This document shows positions 48,333-60,883 of a stretch of 64,000 nt of DNA, one piece after another. The translations under genes and the position numbers were made by a program. Origin of the DNA: Kudoa neothunni (lineage: Eukaryota > Animalia > Cnidaria); assembly GCA_964304625.1 (NCBI GenBank), contig OZ199840.1:2530787-2594786 (forward strand), written 5' to 3'. Position 1 is the first letter of the stretch. The number at the start of each line of letters is the position of its first letter. The notes under the pieces are model-generated. The model did not search any database and was not told the DNA's origin. It was given only the letters and a program-made list of their open reading frames with translations.

Positions 48333-50816
48333 CCCTCCAACGGATGAAAAAACGACCACCCTCCAACGGGCTTTGGGGTAAAAAAGACCCCAGATTTTTT
48401 TTAATTTAATGTATGCAGAAAATTATTATAAACTTATGAGGGAAATATGGGAAAATTCTGCCTAAGTAACGCTGAGAAAATAATCAATTACTTCATAATT
48501 AATCTTCAGTAATCCTCTTCGGCAAGATTAAGCAGATATCGCGATAAATCGTTGTTATAACGTATAATATGTTTAGTCTTATTTGAAATAATGAAAAATA
48601 ACATTTTAGTAAAAAATAAAAGATAAAATATTTTCAAGGGTCCCTAATAAATTTGGTTTATATTAGCTAGCAATTTAGACATTTATTTGACGAATGGGCG
48701 CGACAGTAGAAACTTCCACATTTTGAGCATTTGGATGAGGTTTTCTTATCGTTTTCACGAGGACAATGTTCACATCTTCGTTTAGAAGTATTTGAATCTG
48801 CAAAGTTGTATGTTTCCATAGAAGTTGGATGAGATCTTTTTGAACATTTTTTCATTTGGGAATTTCTCTCCAAAAGAGGTTTATACAACTCTCCAGCCAT
48901 TTCTTTCAGAAAATCACGTCTCAATTTTGTGGAATCGTTAAATATGTGTTTATATAGACAAAATGAATTTATCAAAGTCAAATCCAACATATTATAAAAG
49001 ACCACCATGGGCCAGCGTCGATTAAATCTGCGGACCGAAACGGAAGCCAACATCCGATCCACGGTATCTACTCCTCCTTTGGAACCATTATAATCCACTA
49101 TTGTTTCAGGCTTTTGTTTATGTGTATCGTTGGTTATGTTGGTGTTGGTTGTTCCTGAGGATAGGAGAATCACTGCTCTTCTTTTTTTGTTGACATATGA
49201 AGTGATCATATATTTATCAAAAAATATAAACATAGTGCTGAATAAGGAACGATTTCTAGACGGAAGAACACACGGTGGTAAATCTCTCTTATTGTGTCGA
49301 ATTGTTCCAAGATATGTCAGACGTTTGTCTAACAGCTTCTCGGCTAGTCTAAGGGAAGAGAAAAAATTATCTGCAACTATAGTTCCTCCTGAGTTATACA
49401 AGGGAGCTGTAAGGGAAAGCACAATATTCTCACCAACACCACAGTTTTGGCTAGCTTGAGTTTCGTTCTTTCCTAGATAGGGAGAAATGTTTACAACATA
49501 TTTGTGGACTGGATCGACAGCTAGGAAAAACTTTAGGCCATATTTCGCCGGCTTCATCGGCATATATTGTCTAAATGAGCATCTTCCTCTAAACGAGACT
49601 AACTGCTCGTCAACGGTAACATTTTCACCGGGGAAAAAACATATAGGTAGAGTCTGGATCCACATGTTCCATATGTTGCGAATTGGACAAAATTTATCCA
49701 ATTCTCTTCTTTCAGATCTGGTGCTTGGATTATCAAAATGAATACATCGTAGAATTTGGCAAAAACGATTAAATGAAAAGATTTTGCGATACATCTCTCT
49801 CCCTTCCTTTATACTAAACATTTCTAAAAGAGGTTGCTTTCTGTCTTTGTAGACAGCCATCAAAATTAGCGTTCCGAAAAATCCTCTTAATTCAACGTCG
49901 TCTAAATCATTCCATAAATCAGAAAAGTGTAATTTCCCGTGAACGTTTGTTTGTTTTATTATTTCCTGGCAAATTTCATCAGTGAAGAATATAAAAAAAC
50001 AGTCCAACACGTTTTTGACTTTTTGTATGCAATAAGCTGTTGGCCCAGGTCGAGGATTCATGATATTCTCTTTCAGCATTTTTGATGGAGGTGGCTCATT
50101 CAATGTCCAAAGTATTCCGCTTTTGCTTGTCGTAGAATCCGCAGGATGTTCGCAATCTGATGTATCATCGGATTCTTCGGAATATTCAAGAACGGTTTCA
50201 TCAATGTCGCTACTTAAAGGTTGATATTCATCGCTAAAATCCTCAGATGGTGCCATGATTATCTCAATGTGCGCAACAAACGATAAAATTGGTGTATATT
50301 TCGCGTTAACTCTCATATACGGTCCTAAGGCTTAAATTATCTATAGCTTATTTTGTAGGAGATTATTTATTGCTAGTACACGGAGGTATGTTAATTTTGT
50401 TTGTATTTAGCTAATAAACATTGACCTTGCGGTATTCATATAAACGATGGTTACGATATGTTGCGATTACATACTTAATCGGATTACGGCGGATTATATT
50501 GATTAATAATTGCTGAATTTGACAGTATTTATTAGGCAGATTTTTTTTTAAATTTCCAAATCATCTTATAATAATTTTCTACATACGTCAAATCAAAAAA
50601 AATCTGGGGTCTTTTTTACCCCAAAGCCCGTTGGAAGATAAAAATTTTGTTCGATAAGAAATAATCAATATTCCACATAAAGATTTTTATAAATCTATTT
50701 ATTAAAATAATTTAGGTGAATAGACGAAATTTTAAGTATCCCAGATAATTATAAAATATTCTATGGACAAATTAAAATCGTTTTGGGGTCTAAAAGACCC
50801 CAAGCCCGTTAGAGGG
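48333..50816 (-). mobile_element. Intact-looking piggyBac (2484 bp)
   Basis: TTAA TSD; TIR CCCTC[C/T]AACGG; three GGGGT-N7-ACCCC internal repeats. Confidence 0.97.
48667..50316 (-). CDS. piggyBac transposase (PGBD4-like), uninterrupted 549 aa (529 aa from the second ATG)
   Basis: DDD triad in VTVDEQL / VADNFF / GGVDTVD and a complete C-terminal Cys-rich domain. Confidence 0.96.
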   Translation of the reverse strand: MRVNAKYTPILSFVAHIEIIMAPSEDFSDEYQPLSSDIDETVLEYSEESDDTSDCEHPADSTTSKSGILWTLNEPPPSKMLKENIMNPRPGPTAYCIQKVKNVLDCFFIFFTDEICQEIIKQTNVHGKLHFSDLWNDLDDVELRGFFGTLILMAVYKDRKQPLLEMFSIKEGREMYRKIFSFNRFCQILRCIHFDNPSTRSERRELDKFCPIRNIWNMWIQTLPICFFPGENVTVDEQLVSFRGRCSFRQYMPMKPAKYGLKFFLAVDPVHKYVVNISPYLGKNETQASQNCGVGENIVLSLTAPLYNSGGTIVADNFFSSLRLAEKLLDKRLTYLGTIRHNKRDLPPCVLPSRNRSLFSTMFIFFDKYMITSYVNKKRRAVILLSSGTTNTNITNDTHKQKPETIVDYNGSKGGVDTVDRMLASVSVRRFNRRWPMVVFYNMLDLTLINSFCLYKHIFNDSTKLRRDFLKEMAGELYKPLLERNSQMKKCSKRSHPTSMETYNFADSNTSKRRCEHCPRENDKKTSSKCSKCGSFYCRAHSSNKCLNC

Positions 50817-51640
50817 TTAATGCGTTTGCGTTATATAAAGATATTTTCAATGATTCAAAGAAGAACAGACGTGCATTTCTGAAAGAAATTGCTCAATGTC
50901 TTTACGATCCTCTTCTCTCTAGAAATATGCAAACCAAAATCAAAGAATGTACCAAAAAGTGATCGTTTCCCAAAAAAAGCACCTCCCAGCAGTCTGAAAC
51001 AATGCAGATGTGAATATTGCGAGAGAAAAAAAGATCGTAAAACATCGCAATGGTGCAAATCTTGTTTCAAATATTACTGCTCGCATCATTCATCTAACAC
51101 TTGTTTTAAATGTGAAAAATAATGTTTACTATCATTAAATATATTTTTTTTCTCTTGCGATTCATACAAAGTTGACTAATTCTCTTAGAACAAAAAATTA
51201 ATGTTATATCTCAACTAACGAATATATACGAATGATGTGTATAAGTTTAATAAATCGGATTAGAATGGGATTAATACGCATATATCGTTATGTATTTATA
51301 GGGGTTCCCCCAATAGATTTTCGTTATAGTTTACAAATAACATTTTTGGAATTTTTTGCATATAATCGACAAATAAAAATGTGGGGTTAATTACACCCCA
51401 AAAACCTTAGTGGGGTATCGATTTTTGGATCGTTAGAGGGTTAATAAGAATAAAAATGGTCATTTATTTGATGAGCGGAACGGATTAAACTATTTTTCAT
51501 TAATTTACATTTACATGAGGAAAACTGATTCGGAATTCGTATAATTCGGAGTTGGAACACACTTCTAGAACGGATTATGATCTAAGTCCGAGGTTGCACT
51601 GTATGCATTAATTGATTTTGAAGTTGTAGCACATAATGCT

Positions 51641-52703
51641 GGCTAAAGTACAGTAGAGCGAAAAGGTCGCGCGGAGCCGCATTAGTTAGGAGGGGGTCAC
51701 CCAATTAAAAATAAATTTTTTTCTCTCATCTCAAACTTAGATTCTATGCTTTTAGAAGCTCTATTTTTGTCAAAAAATGACTGAAAAATTTATTGCATTT
51801 TTACAAAATATAGGGTTAATTCCGAAAGAGAGAGTTTGCAAAAAGTGTAATTCAAAAATTGGGCTCATTAAGGAAAATGTCCGCGATGGATACAACTTCA
51901 TATGTTACACACGTAAAATGAAAGTATGCATTCGTAAAGAGACATTTTTTGAAGGTTCTAAGTTGTCACTATGGCAAATATTCCCTTTAATGTATTTGGA
52001 CGTCTTCGAAATTCGAATGTCGTATGATACATTAATGAAACAATTGAAAATCGGATCCAGAGAAACTATCGTTAACTGGAAGAATTATATTCGTGAAATA
52101 TATGTTGAGTATTTCAATCTCTATAGAGTGAGAATTAGCGGAGTGGATGTTGTCGTACAGATTGACGAATCTAATATATGCAAAAGAAAGTACCATATGG
52201 GAAGGATTCTTGTGAACCAAAACGTTTAAATAGTAAATGGAGTTGATGAAAATAATATTTTCCGAGTTTTGTCTGAAGTAAGAAATCAATCAGCTCTTGA
52301 AGATATTGCCAACCACGTCGTTCGCGAGTCCATAATATGGACCGACAAATGGCGGGGATATAACAATCTTTAATCCCTGGGATATAAACATGAGTCCATT
52401 AATCATAGTATCCAATTTAAAACAGCTGATGGCGTCCATACAAATAAGATAGATGCAATCTGGGGTGCCCTTAAAAGAAAATTGAGATATATTACGAACA
52501 AAGCGTCCGAATTAATTGGATCCTATCTCGCCTCTTACCAGTTTAAAAAGAAATTTAAATAAAATCGTTTTTCTTCGTATACTGAAACAATAAATAGAAT
52601 ATATCTACATCAAAAATATACATATTTTGTTGTTTAACAATGTATAATTTTTGTTCCCGAACTAAGAGTCCTTACAACTTTTTCCACTGCACCGTACTTA
52701 GCC
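51641..52703 (+). mobile_element. Merlin (IS1016/ISXO2-like) element, decayed
   Basis: Degenerate GGCTAA..GTAC TIRs; 9-bp TSD CATAATGCT / CCTAATGCT; VVQIDES, IWTDKWRGY, HTNKIDAIWG. Confidence 0.9.
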
Positions 52704-52929
52704 CCTAATGCTTTTAAAAAAGCATCGAACGTGAAGTTTACTTCTATCTTTTTAATTTGGGTCAATGTATATATCCAAAAATCCAAAAACTCGTCTTTTC
52801 TGAAGAATATGAAAAAACGATGATTTTAAATATTTTATTAAAAGTACAACTTTACTTGCGTTTGTTCCCACTCATCATGTAGAAAATGAATATATATAAT
52901 TAAACAAAGAAAATAATGTGGAGTACGTA

Positions 52930-53130
52930 GATATGCCAACATTAATAGATTACATTGAAAAGAACATTATTAGCAATCAAAATTAAACAATGGAATCTTG
53001 GAATGCATATAACAAGATATTTCACAAGGTGAAATTAACCTCGAATTCGACCGAAATATTTAACAGACATTTGACTTCTAAATTTTCCCAACATCATCCT
53101 AGGATTTTAATATTCATAAAAATTTTAAAA
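52930..53130 (+). pseudogene. MULE transposase C-terminal fragment
   Basis: ESWNAYNKIFHKVKLTSNSTEIFNRHL matches the C-terminal motif of the two other MULEs. Confidence 0.65.
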
Positions 53131-53386
53131 GAACAGCAAAGTATCGCCGAACAATAAATAATTTACCAATTACCAATATCACATCCAAAATCCGAAACGC
53201 CGTGGCGAATTTTCGCCAGCGACGCGCACGCGCGGCACGTGTGTTTTTTAAGTATTTTTGTAATATTTGAGTTTTCATTAGATTTACTTGCACTTTTATC
53301 AATAATATTTTTATTTGTTAAGTATCATTTTTGGTTGTAACTCCACGAAACGTCACATGCGCAATTACTTTACTTCCTAATATATA

Positions 53387-54717
53387 ATGATGGAGTTTAC
53401 TTTTGAAAGCTACACAAAATAACTACAAAATACTTTATAAGCAACATTGTTACGTCACGACATCATCAAATGATGACACAAAATTTTGGAAGTGTCAACA
53501 AAGAAAATGTTGCGGTAAGTTGCAAGCTTCTTTGTTGCCGGATATCAGTAGAATTGTGACCGTTGACGAGCATAATCACACTGCTGATGAAAATCACATA
53601 AAAAGTGTTGTTAAAAAATGAAGTAGGGGCTGTTTTTGGAGAAACGATATATTTCTACGAACAAAGTTTGCAGCCAATGCACCAACAGAAAACCACTTGG
53701 GGAACTCTCAATATTTAACAAAAAACGGACCATAAACTGAAAAGCAAGAGAAAAAGGATGAGCATCTCGGTTGCAAATGATACCAAATTGTTAAACAACG
53801 GAATATTTACATTAAGAGGGAAAAAATTTTGTTATTACGACAATGGGTCCCCTTTGCACAAAAGGAATGATAATATTTCTACAGAAGAAAATATAGGTCA
53901 CTTAAACAACTCAAATATTTGGCTCTCCGATGGAACGTTTAAGGTTGTAACCAAAGGGTTCTATCAACTTTATGTTATCCATGATGTAGTTTTTAGCGGG
54001 GTATTTCCATTAGCATTTATTTTAGTGCCTGGAAAAACTGAAGAGGATTATAACCTCATGACCAACATAATGAAAGAAACCCTACATATTAAATTACCAG
54101 ATAATTTGATAATTGATTTTGAAAAAACAGTGAATAATGCTTTTAAAAAGGCATCAAAAACAATTCATATCTAATTTTGTACCTTCCATTTTGGGCAAGC
54201 AGTTTGGAGGAAAATTCAAAAAATAGGTTTGGCACAAGATGCACAACAAAATATTGAGCTTCGATGCCTATTCAAAATGGTCACATCGTTATCATTTGTA
54301 CCTCCTAATTTCGTCCAAAAAGAATTTGAAAAATTGAAAAAATATTCAAACAATTTCAATAATGAAAAAATTGGAATATTTTTTAAATATTTCAATGAAA
54401 CATACATAGAAAATTCAAAATTTCCGCCTACTTTTTGGAACTCATTTGAACGAGTGATGAAAAATATTCCACTGACAACAAATAGTTGTGAATGCTTCAA
54501 TCGACATTTCTTCGGTCGCTTTGATCAATCACAAGTTGGGTTTGATTGTTTGATAGACAAATTAACGCAAGCGCAAAGTCCAAATAATAATAACCAAACT
54601 ATGAAACACCAAGAAAAAATGGATTCAATCAAAGCCATGTGCGATAATTATCCACCTTATTACGATTTGTTCTATTTTAGAGCAATTAATAAATTTTATA
54701 ACTGGAACTTTGAATAG
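53387..54717 (+). pseudogene. FLYWCH-MULE transposase, frameshifted
   Basis: FWKCQQRKCCGKL...HNH, WLSDGTFKVV, IIDFE, CTFHFGQAVWRK, PLTTNSCECFNR. Confidence 0.9.
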
Positions 54718-55621
54718 AATAGACTTTAAAATTATAAACATTATATATTCGTATTTTTTTATGCAAACCGCCACGCACACAGATGGCAAGATGTCGCCGC
54801 TGTTGACTTATCGCAATCTTCTCCAAAACATACGAAAAACACCTATGAAAAATATGAACAAATTTATCGCCTTTATATGACACATTTCACGTTTAAACTA
54901 TCGCACGTATATATAGTTGGTATTTAGAATAAGTATAAAAATACTATTGTATCATCTCCATTGTTCTGTTATTGCATTAGTGTCCTTTCGTGTCAGCAGC
55001 AACTGCTCCATTTAAAATCGGAACGACGTGCGCAGCATATTAATTCCGGCGTAAGTTTGTCGTTCTCTTCATAAAATTTTCCAAGGAACCTACTACGTAA
55101 AAAAATCATCCTTTCCTAATTTTATCTAATTTAATTCTACGTTCAAATGCTCCTTTTAATAACTTGAGTGCCATCACTCGCCTTTATCCACGTTTTACTT
55201 AAACCACTTTCTCAATTATTTTTCTTGTAGTGTTCTAACCTTTTCGGCTTATCACCATTTATATTTATCGACCTAAAACATGCCAAAAATCATCAAATGA
55301 TAACTATGAAATAATCAAAAAGGGAAGGAAGGTTTCCCCTTTGTGTTCATTTTATGCGAAAAGGTGGAAATCTTACGATTGAAATTATTTTTATAGGATA
55401 GAAATAAATGATTTCTCATATCAAATAATCATGGTGGCATTATGTTAATCATGAAATGATATAACCATATTGGACCAGTGTTTTATTTTAAATTTTACTC
55501 CCACACTCTCAGGCAACTAGCCAAAGCTGTTTTTATCTAACCTTAATTCCCCCACCTACGTAACTAAAAACCCATTTCTACAATAGGACTGTAGTTAGCG
55601 TTTATTTTTTTACATGATGTT

Positions 55622-58600
55622 TGTAACAACCTTTATATTATTTTACGGTACTTCGTATACCCTCGCATTATGTTCAGGACTTACGATAAACTGTCTTTCT
55701 GAGCGCGTGCTACAATTGGTGTCAGAGGCTAAAATGACAAACTTTGCTATCGACGCGGACAACAACATCGACCAATAGCTACAAGACTTCGACTTATTAC
55801 GAGCTGCAAAAGAATGGACCGACGAGCAGGCCTACGCACATCTGGCGCTGGCGATTCCTTCGAATGTGCGCCACAAAATCATTCTAAAGACGTCCTACCA
55901 AGCGAAGCCCGATGCTTACGTCAAATTGAAGAAGAGGCTTGCAGAATACATTGGAAAAACCACGGACAAAACTCATTTGTGGAATGAGTTCACCAACGCC
56001 TCGATTAAACCCGGAGAAACCGTAGCTGCCTTCTTTGATCGGATCTCAGCTCTATTGGGATCAGCAAGACCAGAATGGACTGAATCTGATAGAGACTTCC
56101 TATTGCGCCCCAAGATCATACAGGCCGCCCCGCCAATCTATCAGCCGGTACTTCAGTCACAACAAGACGCGGAACTTCGGACGATAGTGAGAGACTGCGA
56201 CAATTTTAGAGCGGCAGAGAAGCATCCATTAATGCGATCCAAGAACCGGACGAAAAGCCCCCCATGGAGAGTTGTGCTATAAACAACAGCTTATCACTTA
56301 GATTAAAGGCACTAGAGGAGGCCGTCCAATCCCTACACATTCAGAAGAAGTCGTGCCAAAAGTGCGGTTGCAGAGGCCACTCAGCGATGGAGTACAAAGG
56401 TACTGTGGTGTGCCATAATTGCAAAGAAAGAGGACACATCAGACGCAAATGTCCTAGACTCTCGGGAAACGACAAGGGGACCAACTTTTCTCTTGGAGCA
56501 GCAGGCCCCCGACGTTTTTAAGCAAGAGACTAGTGACGTCGTCATGCTCCCAGGACTTAGGCACCACCATATCTGATACCTACTCCATCCGAATCCGAAT
56601 CCCATCAGTAAACGTACAATTCAAAGCCCTCGTCGATACGGGATCATCACACACCTTGGTAAACTCAATGCGGATACCCAGAGCCACCTCTCTCCTACCT
56701 GTAAACATCACTCTCCTCTCAGCCGGAGGGGACATTCTTCGAGCCAAAGGAAAAATCCCTATCGACGTCGTTTTCGGATACCGAGTAGTCCCAGTAACAG
56801 CCTTGGTAGTGAGCAACCTAATCCACGATGCAATAGTTGGTAGAGATGTCTTGGACGAATACTGCGTTGTATCAATCGGTCCCAAACCTATCCGCCCAAA
56901 ACCATCTTGCGGCACCGTTACTGCACCTGATCCATACAGCAACCACTCCATGCTTAAGGAATTCGCCGACATATTCCAAGAAAAGACCGAGCAGAAGGTT
57001 GCAAAGTCGACTGTCCACCATATACCGACAACGTCAAACCGCCCAGTAGTACAAACCCCTATCGCCTCCCCGCTGCATATGAGACAGCAGTCAAAACTAA
57101 AATAAACGAGATGTTGATTGGTGGCATAATTCAACCCTCCAAGAGTCAATACATGGCCCCATTGGTCATTGTCCAAAAAAAGGACGGCAATATACGCCTG
57201 TGTCAGGACTATAGACGACTTAACGCGGTCACTGAACGGGACGAATACCCTCTCCCTTTGTTAGAACAAGCCTTTGACAGACTAGGTGGATCTAACGTAT
57301 TTTCTGCGATAGATTTGAAGAATGGGTATTGGCAAATCCCTATAGCCCCTGAAGACAGACACAAAACGGCATTCACGCCAGGCTATGGATGTGGGCTGTT
57401 TGAGTTCACAAGAATGCCGTTCGGTCTGGCGAACGCCCCCGCGACGTTTCAGAGAGCAATGGACTTGATTTTCAACAAATTCAAATTCAGCTTTGCATTC
57501 ATCTACTTAGACGACTTACTCATCTTCTCCAAGAACGATGTGGAACACCGAACTCACCTGAGAACCATTTTCTAGTGCATTCGCGAGGAAGGACTAACGG
57601 TTAACCTCCCCAAGTGTGATTTCTTCAAGAAGGAGCTAAAGTACCTCGGTTTCACTGTATCAGGTAAAGGTGTGAAGATTGACGATGAGAAAATCGAAGC
57701 GATCCTTACGTGGAAGACACCCAGATGTACAAAAGACCTCCAATCGTTCCTGGGTACCGTAAACTTTATCCACAAATACGTAGAGAATCTAGCAAGCACT
57801 TGCTCAACCCTCTATACGAAAATCAATGCCAAGGGAGAGTTTACATGGACCGAGGACGATCAACGGTCTTTCGAGGCAATAAAAGATGCAATAGAGAAAT
57901 CGCCCCGGTTAGCCTTACCAAACTTCGACCACCCATTCGTCCTAGAGTGCGACGCCAGCAACACCGCTAGCGGAGCAGTTCTGTACCAAATAATTAAGGA
58001 CAACAAAGAAATCATCGCATTCACAAGTAGAAAATTCAACGCCAGGCAAGCGAAATACTCTGCAACCGACAAAGAAGTCCTGGCAATTATCACGGCAGTA
58101 CGAAAATTCCACTACTATCTTGCTGGAAGGAAATTTAATTTTCACCGACCACAACCCACTAACATACCTGAAAAAGTACTCCGATCAGCGTGGACGACGG
58201 ATGCGCTGGCTACTGGAAATGGAAGGTTACAATTATGAAATTAAATATAAGCGTGGCCGTGATAACTTTTTGGCCGATTCGCTTTCTCGAAGCGTTGCAA
58301 CTCTACGATGGTTACCTTTCAAAGAGGACGAACTACGCCTCCGTCAACAAAAAGACAAAGACATCACTGAAATTTCCAAAGCAATCCACGCAAATCAAAG
58401 CCACCCAAAGCTGAGATCACAAACTGGGGGAACTTTGTGGTCCCGGAGGAAAAAACTGACGTTGGTAAATGGAATTCTATTTCACAACTCGCGTTTTGGG
58501 AACCTGTATGTCTGTCCTAGGGATACTTTGTGGGAGATGGCCTCTCACGTACATGCAATTGACTCAGCACACGCAGGAGTGGAGAAAACCTTGGAGATGC

Positions 58601-59735
58601 TGAGACGATCGATCTTCCACCCAGACCTCGAAGCCTTGGCACGTCAAGCAGTCGAAGAGTGCTTGGATTGCGCTAGATTCAAGCACTCCGTCAAACACAA
58701 GAAAGCCCCACTGAACACTATTCCAACTGTCGAAACATGTTATCGTTGGCACATCGATTTCATCGGCCCACTCCCGGTCACGAAGAATGACAACCGCTTC
58801 ATCCTCATCTGCGTCGACGCATACTCAAAGTGGGTGGAAGCGAAAGCACTCGCAGTCTGCGATGCACCTACTACAGCGTCAGCAATTATTGAACTAATAT
58901 TTAGCCGCCACGGTGTCCCTTTTTTCATTCACTCTGACCAAGGAAGACAATTTGAATCCACCTATTTCAAGACCTTTGCTATTATTTCGGGATTGGCAAA
59001 TCGAGATCCACCCCCTACCATCCAGAGGGTAACGGCCTAGCCGAAAGATTCGTCAAAACCCTAAAGATGAAACTAAAGTTATTGCCTTCAGACCTAAAGA
59101 TGGAGTGGGATGCAGCGCTTCCGTTGGCACTAATGGCGATAAGAACCACAATTTCTAGTTCGACCGGGTTCACCCCAGCAAGAATCATGTATGGGAGAGA
59201 GTTGCGAACCCTTGCATCCACTGGTTTTACCGAACACCCCTTCGAAGAAGCACAACCTCGTCAATCCCATATCTTCGTGGAAAACCTACTGGACGACCTA
59301 AAGAACATACGATTCCACACCGACAACAACATCGCAAGGGCGCAAAAACGCCAGAAATACTAACACGACAAAAATGCCAACGCTAAGCTAAACTCCGAAG
59401 GGGACCAAATCCTATTTCAAGAACACTCCTCTGATGCGCTCGCTCCAAAATTTTCTGACCCATTTACAATCAAGCATGCCTCCGGCCCAGTATACGAGAT
59501 CGAAGACAAAGACGGAAACCCCAGAAAAATCCACCACAACAACACGAAAGATACAAACACCTACACAAGGTCTGGCCGGTTAGTAAAACCCCCCAGCTTT
59601 CTAAGCTGGTTCACTACCGGCCATATTGAAGAGGGGGAGTAGTGTAACAACCTTTATATTATTTTACGGTACTTCGTGTACCCTCGCATTATGTTCGGGA
59701 CTTACGATAAACTGTCTTTCTGAGCGCGTGCTACA
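55622..59735 (+). mobile_element. Full-length Ty3/Gypsy (4114 bp) with 93-bp LTRs; gag and pol decayed
   Basis: LTRs 55622-55714 and 59643-59735 differ at 2 sites. TSD ATGTT, PBS TGGTGTCAGAG, PPT GAAGAGGGGGAG. CCHC knuckle, LVDTGS, YLDD, CDAS, IDFIGP / SDQG. Confidence 0.98.
56464..56529 (+). promoter_or_regulatory. Predicted -1 ribosomal frameshift signal (G_GGA_AAC plus pseudoknot)
   Basis: Heptamer lies in the gag frame inside the gag/pol overlap; stems GGGGACC/GGCCCC and TCTCTTG/CAAGAGA. Confidence 0.75.
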
Positions 59736-60029
59736 ATGTTATTCTTAGAATTAATTAAATTTTATCAAAATACAACAAACTAACTTTTAGGAATTCACTC
59801 GATTAATTTTAATTTAAATTTGATAATGCAAAAAATATTTTAACCTTTTAATTCAAAACTAATTTTGTTTGAAAAAGTTTTTTAGGAACATCCAATTATA
59901 ACTGGTTTTGTTTCGTGTTATTTAGGTACAATAATCAAACCAGAGATGAAATGAACATGCAAAGAAATCATCATACTTTTTGAAAAAAACTTTTTTCAAC
60001 CAAATAGGGGATGGGGTGTTTTTTGATTA

Positions 60030-60500
60030 TCTGGTTTCTTTTTCATTGTAAGGGTTAACTAACAATTCAAATTGTTCTTCTTTGTTAGTTAACGAAGTTT
60101 GGGAATAATTTCCAGGATTTAATAAATTTATGTATTTGTTTTTTATATACGACAAAAATGAAAAATCGGATTCACACAATCAAGTTATGGAAAATGGAAC
60201 CAGAATAATAAATTCTTGTTTTGCAAGATATGGACAACCAGTCTGAGCATTATACCACAATTTTTCAAATGAATTTGAATCGTGAGATGAGTCTCATTGA
60301 TCGACATTCTTGCAAATCAATTAATTATTCTACAACAAGATCGTCGTTATGAATACTTTCAAATTTAAATCTATATGGGTTCATAATCCAAATATAAAAT
60401 GTGCTTAACTTTTCAGTCAAAAAAGAATCATCAACTGAGGAAACATACGCTTTAAGAAGGTAAATACAGTGGGTGACCACTCGTTCGTAATTTCCATAAT
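60030..60500 (-). pseudogene. hAT (Buster/Charlie, ZBED5/FAM200-like) transposase C-terminal dimerisation-domain remnant
   Basis: WIMNPY...LIDLQ...LWY.....PYLAKQEFIILVPFSIT*LCESDFSFLSYIKNKY. Confidence 0.8.
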
Positions 60501-60883
60501 TGCGCGCGCGGCACTAAGGAGGATACAATGCTATAAATCAACTATAAAGGTTATTTATTTGGGGGTAAATTTCTCAATTATAGTAATATTTTTAAGTTTT
60601 CTGACAATTAAATTGTGTAATTCTCGTTCAATATCCGTTTGATGTTTATTACTATGTAAACCATGATATTTCAAGTAATGTCTTAAATTAGACAAATGAG
60701 AGAGAGGGCAATTTTGAATAGAATAATTCTTCGTCCTATGCCATCAAATTTATGAAATTTGTCGTTTCTGTTACAGTTATCATCACATAAAATCACTAAT
60801 ATTGGCGTCATTTTCAATATTGTTTAGGTTCCACGCCTTCGCTGGTTTTGGAAAAACTTTATTATTATATATTTCTCTTTTAA

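Larger units (their letters stand above)
46683..51440 (+). mobile_element. piggyBac interrupted by a nested piggyBac; transposase 47043-48332 + 50821-51122
   Basis: TTAA|CCCTCTAA ... TTAGAGGG|TTAA. Removing the insert restores NMVDLSLVNAFALYKDIF and the Cys-rich domain. One frameshift near 47405. Confidence 0.96.

Noticed and set aside
56580-57176. 198-aa antisense ORF and similar shadow ORFs (114-491, 46958-47404, 49130-49459)
   Set aside because: They lie opposite TE coding regions and show no recognisable motifs.
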